From: a virus
DNA length: 64,000 bases
IMG/VR virus record: IMGVR_UViG_3300036851_000550
Coordinates: 7,076 to 71,075 of that record
Strand: one strand, 5' to 3'
The position numbers were made by a program, and so were the translations under genes. The notes beneath the pieces were generated by a model. That model was not told where the DNA came from. It was given only the letters and a program-made list of their open reading frames with translations, and ran no database searches. Below, piece after piece: positions 53,979-61,817 of the stretch; position 1 is the stretch's first letter; each line of letters opens with the position of its first letter.

Positions 53979-54185
53979 TCAGCGGGTTTCCGGCTTGGCC
54001 GCGGCGGCCTTGCGACGACCGCGCGCCGGCTTCTCCGGGGTCTCGGCGGCCTCCGGCTCCGCAGCGGACTCCGGATAGATCAGCTCGGCTCGCCCGGAGT
54101 TGATGTGGGCCTGCGCGACCGAGTCCTCGAACTCGGCCACCATCCCGGCGCTGGGACCGTGCGTGATCCGGACCTGCATGATCAC
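53979..54185 (-). CDS. Small capsid-associated protein
   Basis: G.VAEF.D..A...I.SG.AE pattern; after capsid genes. Confidence 0.55.
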   Translation of the reverse strand: MIMQVRITHGPSAGMVAEFEDSVAQAHINSGRAELIYPESAAEPEAAETPEKPARGRRKAAAAKPETR

Positions 54186-54601
54186 AGACCACCCGGGATG
54201 GCCAGGACCAGTGCCGTACAGGTGTAGGCCTCGGTCCCGGAGTTGGTCGCCCGCAGCCGCAGCCAGGGGCGGTCCGTCAGGTAGTTGACGCCGATGATCG
54301 CCGTCGTGTCACCGGCCACCGGCGCGGGGAGTGCGTCGGTAGCCGTGGCAGGGGCTGTCGCGCCGATCGCTCCGGCGTTGTCCGGAGCGTCCTGGACCGA
54401 GAAAGTGATGTTGCTCGTCGCGGCGGCAGCCGTGGCCCGGAAGACGACCACGATCCGGTCGCCCGACCTGAGGGCCAGGTTGTTCAGCTTCAGGTCGGTA
54501 GGTGACCCGAAGTTGAAGTTGGACGTGGTGGCGGTGCTGATCGCCAGCTTGGCCGTGGCCAGAACCCTGATCTCGGCACCGATGCGCTCGCGTGCGCCCA
54601 T
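54182..54601 (-). CDS. Putative capsid decoration protein
   Basis: Beta-rich, ITFSVQDA..RPWLRL; directly after MCP. Confidence 0.55.
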   Translation of the reverse strand: MGARERIGAEIRVLATAKLAISTATTSNFNFGSPTDLKLNNLALRSGDRIVVVFRATAAAATSNITFSVQDAPDNAGAIGATAPATATDALPAPVAGDTTAIIGVNYLTDRPWLRLRATNSGTEAYTCTALVLAIPGGL

Positions 54602-54629
54602 CGATATTCCTCTCTGGGAGTGGGGGACC

Positions 54630-54663
54630 CGATCCGGAGCTGGATGACAGCCAGCTCCGGATC
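54630..54663. terminator. Stem-loop after major capsid gene
   Basis: GATCCGGAGCTGG-atgacag-CCAGCTCCGGATC. Confidence 0.55.
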
Positions 54664-54678
54664 AGGGGGTGCCGTAGA

Positions 54679-55950
54679 TCAGGTGAGCACCAGGGCCTTG
54701 ACGGCTGCGGCGTCGTCCGGCACGGCGTCGAGACGCATGAAGCCGAAGAAGCCGACCTGCAGCATCTCCGCGTAGCGCTCGGCCAGGCGGACCATCTGCA
54801 CGTCGAGCGCCTGGCGGACCAGGTAGCCCGCGCGGAAGTCGCCGAACAGGATCGGCCGGTTCGTCGCGATGTACGGAGTCGACGGCATGGCCTGGTCGAT
54901 CTGGTACGGCTGGCCGTTGACCGTTGCGGGCATGCCCGCGACCGGAACCGGCAGCCACAGCGGGCGGTTCTGGGAGTCCTTGACCTTCCGCAGCACCGCC
55001 AGCGTCCTGTCGCTGAACAGGTACCGGACGTTGCCCATCTGGCGATACGCCGGGTCGACCGAGTGCTCGAGGTCGATGATGGCGTTGTAGATGAGCGCGT
55101 GGTCAGCGGCGGTGTTGCCGTTCCACGCCGCGGCGGTGAGGACCGCGGACGACGGGGTGGCAGTCGGCAGGATGCCGAACGGCTCGGTGGTACCGGTGCC
55201 GTTCACCAGGTCGTCGGCGACGGCCCGGCCGATGCGCTCACCGAGCTTGCGCGGCAGCCAGTTGTCCAGGTTGAACGCCGAGTCCTGCAGCAGCTGCAGC
55301 GACACCCGGACCAGCTTCGAGGTGTACATGAACGCCCCGACGGTCTTGGTCCCGAACGTCGCACCCAGCTCGACGATCGCGGTGTTCTCGTTCAGGATCG
55401 CGCCGACGTTGCCGGTGTCGTCGTTGGTCGGCCACTGCAGCGGGTTGCCCGTGCTGGTGGTGACCACGTTGGCGTGGTTGATCAGGCCGCCGTAGGCCTT
55501 CAGCGTCTCCGTCATCACCGCCCGGTAGCCCGGGGGCACCAGGAACCCACCGTCGGCCGGGATGCCGACACCCTGCGGCGAGGCCCGGTGCTCGGCCATG
55601 ACCGTGCGCTGCTCGGTGGTCAGAGCACCCATACCACCGCGGAGGAAGGCACCGAAGGTCTCCTCGTGGCGTGCAGCGCGCTCCTCGTCGGTGGCCTCGG
55701 GGGCCTCCGGCTCACCGGTGCCCTGGCCCTGAATGACCTGGCGGTAGTCGATCTTGTCGAGCTTCGCGTTCTTCTCGAGGCGCTCGATGTCGGCGGAGAC
55801 CACGTCGATGTCGGCGTTGGCCGCATCCCAGTTGGTCCGCTCCTCGGCGGTCCAGTCGCGGTTCTCCTCCTCGGCCGCGGCCAGGATGTCCTGCATCCGG
55901 TTGTGCAGGCGGTTCTGCTTGTCGATGAGCCGCTTCAGCTGCTCGGACAT
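54679..55950 (-). CDS. Major capsid protein (HK97 fold with delta domain)
   Basis: Coiled-coil N-term, GGFLVP, SKLVRVSLQLLQDS, NGTGT.EP.GI, LRKVKDSQNRPLW, ILFGDF. Confidence 0.92.
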   Translation of the reverse strand: MSEQLKRLIDKQNRLHNRMQDILAAAEEENRDWTAEERTNWDAANADIDVVSADIERLEKNAKLDKIDYRQVIQGQGTGEPEAPEATDEERAARHEETFGAFLRGGMGALTTEQRTVMAEHRASPQGVGIPADGGFLVPPGYRAVMTETLKAYGGLINHANVVTTSTGNPLQWPTNDDTGNVGAILNENTAIVELGATFGTKTVGAFMYTSKLVRVSLQLLQDSAFNLDNWLPRKLGERIGRAVADDLVNGTGTTEPFGILPTATPSSAVLTAAAWNGNTAADHALIYNAIIDLEHSVDPAYRQMGNVRYLFSDRTLAVLRKVKDSQNRPLWLPVPVAGMPATVNGQPYQIDQAMPSTPYIATNRPILFGDFRAGYLVRQALDVQMVRLAERYAEMLQVGFFGFMRLDAVPDDAAAVKALVLT

Positions 55951-56041
55951 GAGTCCACGTGTCCTTTCTGCGGGCACGCCGGACACCCCCAGCTGCTCGC
56001 CCTGTAGGCGAGCGGGAGGGGGTGTGGGTGGTTCGGGTGGG

Positions 56042-56971
56042 TTAGGCGGCGGGACGGCGGAGCTGAGCCCTCAGGGCCCGCAGCCGTGCCTTCGCCAGGT
56101 CGTGCTCCGACGGGCGGTTCCGAGTGGACTCAGCCGGCTCGGGGGTGTCGTCGGTTCCTTCCTCGGTACGAGTGGTCTCAGCCGGCTCGTCCGAGTGGGT
56201 CTCTGTGGGGTCGGCCGGCGAGTCGCCGGCCTCGGTGGTCACCGCGGTGGTCGTGCCGATCGTGATGCGCTCCTGGCCGTCCACCTCGGACACCTCCAGG
56301 TCGGCGCGCTCGGCGGGTAGCTGCTCCAGGAGCTTCCGCAGCTCCGGCTTGTGCTCGGCGCGGCTCAGGATCGCGGCGCGGTCGCCGCGGGCCAGCAGGG
56401 CGGCCTCGACGTGGCGCAGGCCAGCGTCGGTCGTCGGGTAGGCGGGGAACGTGACGGCGCTGACCTCGATCAACCTGACCTCCAGGATGCGGCGGATCTC
56501 GACCTCGGCGCTGTTGCCGTCGGAGGTCTCGACGGTCTCCGTGCTCCAGTCGTCCTTCGTGACGTAGAAGCCGAAGGACATCCCGGTGATGTTCTTGATC
56601 CGGATGTTGACCTTGAGGTCTCGCACGTAGGACAGCTCGTCGTCGAGCGCGGAGTCGACCTGCAGGCCGACCGCGTCCTGAGCGAGCAGCAGCGTGCCGG
56701 CGGACACCCGGGAGACCACGTAGTAGCTGTCGTGGTCGATCAAAAACCGGGCGTCGCCCTCACTGATCGTCTTGGTGAAGGCGCCCGCCGCGACTTCCTC
56801 GTAGAAACCCCAGCGCAGCGGGTTGCCGATCGCGGTGCGGGTGTCGAACACCGCGGCGTGCCCGTAGAAGCGCGGCTTCTTCTTGGCGGCGTCCTCGGCG
56901 TCGAAGCGCAGCTCTGCGTGCGCGTCGGCCAGCGACAGGCTCCGCAGCTCGGGGATGAGGGCGTTGCCCAT
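56042..56971 (-). CDS. HK97-family prohead protease
   Basis: FYGHAAVF, FLIDHD, GMSFGF, EVSAVTFPAY. Confidence 0.9.
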   Translation of the reverse strand: MGNALIPELRSLSLADAHAELRFDAEDAAKKKPRFYGHAAVFDTRTAIGNPLRWGFYEEVAAGAFTKTISEGDARFLIDHDSYYVVSRVSAGTLLLAQDAVGLQVDSALDDELSYVRDLKVNIRIKNITGMSFGFYVTKDDWSTETVETSDGNSAEVEIRRILEVRLIEVSAVTFPAYPTTDAGLRHVEAALLARGDRAAILSRAEHKPELRKLLEQLPAERADLEVSEVDGQERITIGTTTAVTTEAGDSPADPTETHSDEPAETTRTEEGTDDTPEPAESTRNRPSEHDLAKARLRALRAQLRRPAA

Positions 56972-56994
56972 CTGCTGGTCCTTTCGTTCGTAGA

Positions 56995-57234
56995 TCAGGG
57001 GAGCGGGGGGAAGACCCGGGTGGCGGTCTCGGTGTGCATATCCGCGGTGACGAGCGTGTAGCCGGTCTCCGCCTGGATGGCGGTCGCCAGGATGGTGCCG
57101 ACCTGCAGGGTGAGGTCGTCGGTGGAGTCGCCCATCCGGCGGGAGCTCAGGTGGACGACCGCCTCCCGAGTCACCCCGTTGTCGAGGAACTCGAAGCGCA
57201 TCGTGGCCACGGTCTGACCAGTTACCGAGGGCAT
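56995..57234 (-). CDS. Hypothetical protein (inserted head-region gene)
   Basis: GGAGG SD; GC3-rich. Confidence 0.5.
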   Translation of the reverse strand: MPSVTGQTVATMRFEFLDNGVTREAVVHLSSRRMGDSTDDLTLQVGTILATAIQAETGYTLVTADMHTETATRVFPPLP

Positions 57235-57253
57235 TCCGGGACCTCCATGGTGA

Positions 57254-57454
57254 TCATGAGAAGAAGGCGAAGAAGGCATCGCCCCGGGCGACGGCGCGCC
57301 GCCGGTACTCCGGCGTGACCCCGAAGAACGCGTCGTTCAGAACGGCGGTCAGCCCCGCGTCCTCATCGGAATGGTCGTGCTGCCGGACCACCATCGCGGC
57401 GGCCACAGCGCCGTTCGGATAGGAGAGCGGGACGATCCGTCGCTCGTTGGCCAC
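57254..57454 (-). CDS. Small hypothetical protein (inserted head-region gene)
   Basis: Ends GDAFFAFFS; operon spacing. Confidence 0.45.
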   Translation of the reverse strand: MANERRIVPLSYPNGAVAAAMVVRQHDHSDEDAGLTAVLNDAFFGVTPEYRRRAVARGDAFFAFFS

Positions 57455-57457
57455 CGG

Positions 57458-58270
57458 TCAGCCCCAGGCCACGGCCATCGAGAAGCCCACGTTCACCGCG
57501 GCCGTAGCCGTCTGGGCCCACAGCGCGAACGGGACCGTGTTGTCGTACAGCCGAGGGAACCCGCCGGTGACCGCGTTGATCTCCACCGCGCCGCCGACGG
57601 TCGGTACCGCGATGGAAGCCAGCACGCGGTAGGCGACCAGGTGCACCGTCCCGGTCACGTAGGACGTGCCGAGGCTGAGCGACTGGACCGATCGGACCCC
57701 GGTGTCGCCGGCCGCCAGGTTGAACGGAACGAACGTGCCGGCGTTCGCGCCCGCAGGCCAGGCGGTCATCGTCCCGGTCCGGCCGGCGGTCCCGGCCTGG
57801 TTCGTGTAGCTGATGGTGGTGTTCGTGACGTTCGCGCCGTTGGTGGTGGCGACGGAGCACTCGAGCCCGATCAGCACCCCGTCCCCGTCGGTGGTGCCGC
57901 TCCGGTCCCGCGCCGGCAGACCCGGGAAGGTGGTCGACTGCGCGCCGGTGGTAGTGATCGTGTAGCCGCCGTTGTGCCACAGCCGGTCATAGATCTTCAG
58001 CAGCCCGGCGACGTTGGCGGTGACGACGACCCGCGACAGGTAGGCGTTCTGCCCCCCGGGCGGATTGGTGTAAGGGATCTGCCCAGCGAGGCTGGTCAGC
58101 GCCGCTCCGTTGAGCGTGGCGTTCTGAGTGGCGGCGCCCGGGATGCCGGTGTTCAGGAAGAACGAGTGCATGTTGAGGGCCCCGACGGCCTCCATCGTGT
58201 TCCCCGCCTTGACGCAATCCACCGGAGGCTGCGCCCCCGCGATCACCTGATCCAGCGTGGTGATGGCCAA
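57458..58270 (-). CDS. Putative virion structural protein (inserted head-region gene)
   Basis: MAITTLD, YDRLWHNGG, ISYTNQAGTAGRT, LAAGDTGVRSVQS; AGGAGG SD. Confidence 0.65.
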   Translation of the reverse strand: MAITTLDQVIAGAQPPVDCVKAGNTMEAVGALNMHSFFLNTGIPGAATQNATLNGAALTSLAGQIPYTNPPGGQNAYLSRVVVTANVAGLLKIYDRLWHNGGYTITTTGAQSTTFPGLPARDRSGTTDGDGVLIGLECSVATTNGANVTNTTISYTNQAGTAGRTGTMTAWPAGANAGTFVPFNLAAGDTGVRSVQSLSLGTSYVTGTVHLVAYRVLASIAVPTVGGAVEINAVTGGFPRLYDNTVPFALWAQTATAAVNVGFSMAVAWG

Positions 58271-58282
58271 GATCTACACCTC

Positions 58283-59116
58283 CTAGTAGATGATCCCGAG
58301 CGTGTCCTGAACCACGGTCGGCCCCGCATCGACAACCGACAGAGACATCGGCCGGTCGGAGGCCGCAGTCCACCTCGCCTGGACCGCTCCGACGGGGACG
58401 AACGAGACGACCGCAACGCGCAGGAAGCCGGTAAAGGTCGCCTCGTAGGGCACCTGGATCACCGTCGGCACCGGGATGCCGTTCGCGTTGTAGATCAGAC
58501 CCCGACCGATCTGGGGGTCTGTGATCTCCGGTTCGGTGTCGTCCGTAGTGATCCGGAACTCGTTCTGGATCGTCGCTTCGACCGCGCCGCCGCCGCCGTT
58601 GTCATGCTCGATCTCCCCGCTGACCGTGACGAAGTACGTCCGCCCGTCGACCACCGGGGCACGGCAGGAAAGGATCCGCACCTTCGGGGTGTCGTCGAAG
58701 AACGCACTGTTCGTGGTGCGCGTCCGCCACCCGGCGATCTGCCCGGTCTGCGTCGTCTCCACGATCAACGACGCTAGGCACTCCCACTTGCTGGTCGCGG
58801 AGTTGTACTGGAACCCGAGGACATCGGTGGTGCCCGCGGTGTTGCTCAGTAGCGGGGTGTCGCCGGTGAATGTGTAGATCGCGTTCCAGCTCGGCTCCCG
58901 ACCACCGGTCGCGTCCTGCGTCAGGCGCATCACCAGCTGCTGACCGTCCGTCGGCGTGCCGGTGGGAGCCGCGATCGTGTGGTTGCCGTCGAGCGTGCAG
59001 GTCATGACGTCGGTGGTCGCCCCGTTGGGGGTGATCGTTCCACCGGCGTCGGTCACTGCGACGACACGCTTCAAGATCCCCGACTGCGAGATGACGGAGA
59101 GGATCTGGGTGGTCAT
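58283..59116 (-). CDS. Putative fibre/structural protein, paralog B
   Basis: PTDGQQLVMRLTQDATGGR..W..TDVLGFQYN...W fibre-type domain plus C-terminal domain shared with 59120-60010. Confidence 0.65.
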   Translation of the reverse strand: MTTQILSVISQSGILKRVVAVTDAGGTITPNGATTDVMTCTLDGNHTIAAPTGTPTDGQQLVMRLTQDATGGREPSWNAIYTFTGDTPLLSNTAGTTDVLGFQYNSATSKWECLASLIVETTQTGQIAGWRTRTTNSAFFDDTPKVRILSCRAPVVDGRTYFVTVSGEIEHDNGGGGAVEATIQNEFRITTDDTEPEITDPQIGRGLIYNANGIPVPTVIQVPYEATFTGFLRVAVVSFVPVGAVQARWTAASDRPMSLSVVDAGPTVVQDTLGIIY

Positions 59117-59119
59117 GAG

Positions 59120-60010
59120 CTACGAGACGACGCCGTCAGGCGAGATGTTCGGACCGACGTCGATGATCGAGATGTTCATCGGCCGGTCGGTGTCTGCGGT
59201 CCACTGGCATGTCGTGCTGCCGGTCGGGCGCCACGAGACCACCGCGGCTCGCAGGACCTGGCCCAGCGGCGGCGAGTACACCGCGCGGACGTGGACCCCG
59301 GTCGGGAGTCCACCGGGGTCCTGGGAGACCACCGTGCGGCCGACCTGCTTGCTCGACGTGGTGGGCTCGGTATCACTTTCCGTTACCCGGATCTCGTGCT
59401 GAGTAACCACGCCACTTGCGGCAGTCGTCATCTCCACTTCGCCGTCGACGACGATGGCGTACGAACGCCCGACGACAACGGGCGTTCGCGCGGACAGGAT
59501 CTTCGTCGGAGTGCCCTGGAAAGTCGGGCTGTTCGTGTAGCGCTCCTGCCACCCAACGAGCGCTCCGGCCGACTTCCTGCGCAGCAACGTGACCGTTGCG
59601 GTGCGGATGTCGATGTCGCACGTGTTGTGGAACGCCGTCTCGGGCGTGACGAAGACCTTGGGGTCGCGAAGGCTGTCCACTTCCGCGGACAGGGTGACGG
59701 TCCCGCTCGCACTCGTTGACGCGACTCCGGTCGCCAGAACCCCATTGGCCTGCGACTGGAGTCGCAGACGAAGGCTTGGACCGTTCCCTCCGGGCCCCAC
59801 CACCAGGTCCGAGTAGTCGGCCTCGATCTCCACCAGGTAGACGCCCTCACCGTCCAGGTTGAAGATCGTCTGATTGCCGTTGCCGTCATCCGACATCGAC
59901 AGCCCGCTGCCGACGGTGGTCGGCACTCCCTCGAACGGGATGACCAGTCCTCCGGGAGGGTCGGTGACCGCGAAGGTGGCGGTGTCGGTGATGGTCAGGC
60001 TGTCAGCCAC
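59120..60010 (-). CDS. Putative fibre/structural protein, paralog A
   Basis: C-terminal GW..R.TNS..F...ILS.R.PVV.GR.Y..RPM..S..D.GP shared with 58283-59116; AGGAG SD. Confidence 0.6.
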   Translation of the reverse strand: MADSLTITDTATFAVTDPPGGLVIPFEGVPTTVGSGLSMSDDGNGNQTIFNLDGEGVYLVEIEADYSDLVVGPGGNGPSLRLRLQSQANGVLATGVASTSASGTVTLSAEVDSLRDPKVFVTPETAFHNTCDIDIRTATVTLLRRKSAGALVGWQERYTNSPTFQGTPTKILSARTPVVVGRSYAIVVDGEVEMTTAASGVVTQHEIRVTESDTEPTTSSKQVGRTVVSQDPGGLPTGVHVRAVYSPPLGQVLRAAVVSWRPTGSTTCQWTADTDRPMNISIIDVGPNISPDGVVS

Positions 60011-60021
60011 GTGTAGATCTC

Positions 60022-61404
60022 CTACTCGTTCACGATGCCGTCGCCGTCCCCGTCCTTGGGGCCGGTCTTCTTGGGTGCGGGCTTCTTCTTCGGCCCGTCG
60101 CTGCCGCCGCCCCCGACGACGCCGCCGGCCGGCTTGCTGCCGCCGTTGCCCTTCGGAGTGCTGCCGGTGATCGGGTCGGGCGGGATGTAGCCGAGCGGCA
60201 CGAAGTTGGCCGGCTGCAGGAACAGGTCGCCCACCGGGTCCTCGTTGCCCTCCGAGTCCTGGATCGGCGGCAGGTCCTCGAGCGCCCTGATGTCGTTGCT
60301 GTTCAGCACGCCGAGCTCGCGCAGCGTCCGGTAGAACTCGGAGCGCGCCGTGGTGTCGCCGCGGAGCAGGCCCTCCAGCTTGTACTTGGCGTAGTGCCCG
60401 CTCGGGAGCAGCTCCTTGGTGATCCGGGCCTCGAGCGGAGCCATCCACTGCGGGTGCAGGTCGAAGACGACGAACCCGGTCGCCTGCGCCTCCAGCCCGG
60501 TGCCCCACGACGTCGACTTCTCCGTCTGGAACATCAGGTACGGGGGGATGCCGAAGTACCGCGCGAGCTCCGTGATCTGGAAGTCCCGGGACTCCAGCAT
60601 CTGCGCGTCGTCGGCCGGCATCGTGAGGCTCTGGAACTCCGCGCCGCTGTCGAGCACGGCCACCGAGTGCGCTCGGTCGGCGCCGGTCATCTTGGACTGC
60701 CACCGGGACTGCAGCGTCTCCGCGGCCTCCTGGGTCAGCCGCTGCTCGGTCTGCAGGATGCCGGACAGCATGTTGCCGCTGCCGAACAGCTTCGCGGCGG
60801 CCTTCTCCGCGGCCAGGCCGGTGCCCACGGCCTGCGCGGCGGCCCGGATCGGCGACACACCGCAGATGCCGTCGTAGCCCAGGCCGGGCACATGGAAGAC
60901 CTCGTGCGGCGTCAGGTCGTGCTTGACGCCGTCCTCGTCCGTGTAGCAGAAGACCTTGCCGGTGGGGTTCAGCTCAGTGATCTTTTCGGAGCGGACCTTG
61001 CCGCACTGCATCCGCCACGGCGCCAGCGGGTAGAGCCACCGGACGCGCCGGCCCTCGTCCCGGATCTTCTGGAAGTAGCTGTTGCCCCAGAGGCAGCGGT
61101 GGACCTGGGAGAGCTTCCACAGCTCGTAGGTGGTCATGTCCGGGTGCGGGTTCTGCAGGAGCAGGTTGGTCACCGGCTCCTTGGACTCGCGGTTGTAGAC
61201 ATGGATCGGCAACGCGCCGGCCAGCCCGCCGAGCAGCGACGTGCCGCGCCAGACGGCCGACATGGCCAGCGAGCCCACCTCGGTGACGTTCACGCCCGCA
61301 TCGGTCGGCAGGCCGCCCAGGACCTCCAGCAGGCTGGTGCTCGTCAGCGGGTAGCTGGGGTTCTCGAGCGACCGCGCGCCGAAGAGGTCGAACAGGGACC
61401 TCAC
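60022..61404 (-). CDS. Portal protein (HK97 family)
   Basis: MSAVWRG..L.GALP, LWGNSY, EVFHVPGLGYDG..GVSPI, DAQMLESR, LARYFGIPP, LLRGD. Confidence 0.92.
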   Translation of the reverse strand: MRSLFDLFGARSLENPSYPLTSTSLLEVLGGLPTDAGVNVTEVGSLAMSAVWRGTSLLGGLAGALPIHVYNRESKEPVTNLLLQNPHPDMTTYELWKLSQVHRCLWGNSYFQKIRDEGRRVRWLYPLAPWRMQCGKVRSEKITELNPTGKVFCYTDEDGVKHDLTPHEVFHVPGLGYDGICGVSPIRAAAQAVGTGLAAEKAAAKLFGSGNMLSGILQTEQRLTQEAAETLQSRWQSKMTGADRAHSVAVLDSGAEFQSLTMPADDAQMLESRDFQITELARYFGIPPYLMFQTEKSTSWGTGLEAQATGFVVFDLHPQWMAPLEARITKELLPSGHYAKYKLEGLLRGDTTARSEFYRTLRELGVLNSNDIRALEDLPPIQDSEGNEDPVGDLFLQPANFVPLGYIPPDPITGSTPKGNGGSKPAGGVVGGGGSDGPKKKPAPKKTGPKDGDGDGIVNE

Positions 61405-61634
61405 GAAGCCCGCCTAACCTGCGGCGCGACCCGCGGCCGGCGTGCCATCTTCCGAGCGGCCTCTGCGGCCATCGAGCGTTCCATCGCCCACACCCCGGCG
61501 GTGCCGCCGACGATCAGCGCAGCCGGCGGATAGATCCACCAGAGCCCAACCAGCACGGCCGCTGCGAACAGGACCTCGACGAGGATGAAGAACCACTGCA
61601 GCACTTCGGGCCTCCTCTCGTCGTCTCGGGTCAC
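61401..61634 (-). CDS. Small membrane protein upstream of portal
   Basis: GLWWIYPPAALIVGG, typical pre-portal gene. Confidence 0.65.
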   Translation of the reverse strand: MTRDDERRPEVLQWFFILVEVLFAAAVLVGLWWIYPPAALIVGGTAGVWAMERSMAAEAARKMARRPRVAPQVRRAS

Positions 61635-61804
61635 TGCTTGTCGTTCGCCACGCACACCGCGACGGCCGCTGCGATCCAGGCGAGCTGGATCTCGTCGTTC
61701 AGGTCTCGCCAGGCGGGTAGCTCGAGCCCGGAGACCAGCGAGTGACCGCCGGCCGCCTTGCTGTAGGCCTCGTAGGCCGCCTGTCCAAGATTCACATCCG
61801 CCAT
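61631..61804 (-). CDS. Small hypothetical protein (57 aa, not in ORF track)
   Basis: GQAAYEAY..SLVSG.ELPAW..L...Q.AW.AAA; AAGGAGTCA SD. Confidence 0.6.
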   Translation of the reverse strand: MADVNLGQAAYEAYSKAAGGHSLVSGLELPAWRDLNDEIQLAWIAAAVAVCVANDKQ

Positions 61805-61817
61805 GCTGACTCCTTGA

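Noticed and set aside
58270-60020. 10-bp inverted repeat (AGATCTACAC at 58270, GTGTAGATCT at 60011) flanking two paralogous fibre genes, suggesting an invertible segment
   Set aside because: Too short, both copies sit in SD-to-start spacers, both genes face the same way and no invertase is present
59120-60703. 527-aa ORF overlapping the portal, suggesting a portal-fibre fusion
   Set aside because: The 5' part is an out-of-frame overlap; a GTG at 60010 with an AGGAG SD explains the real gene, and no slippery site was evident
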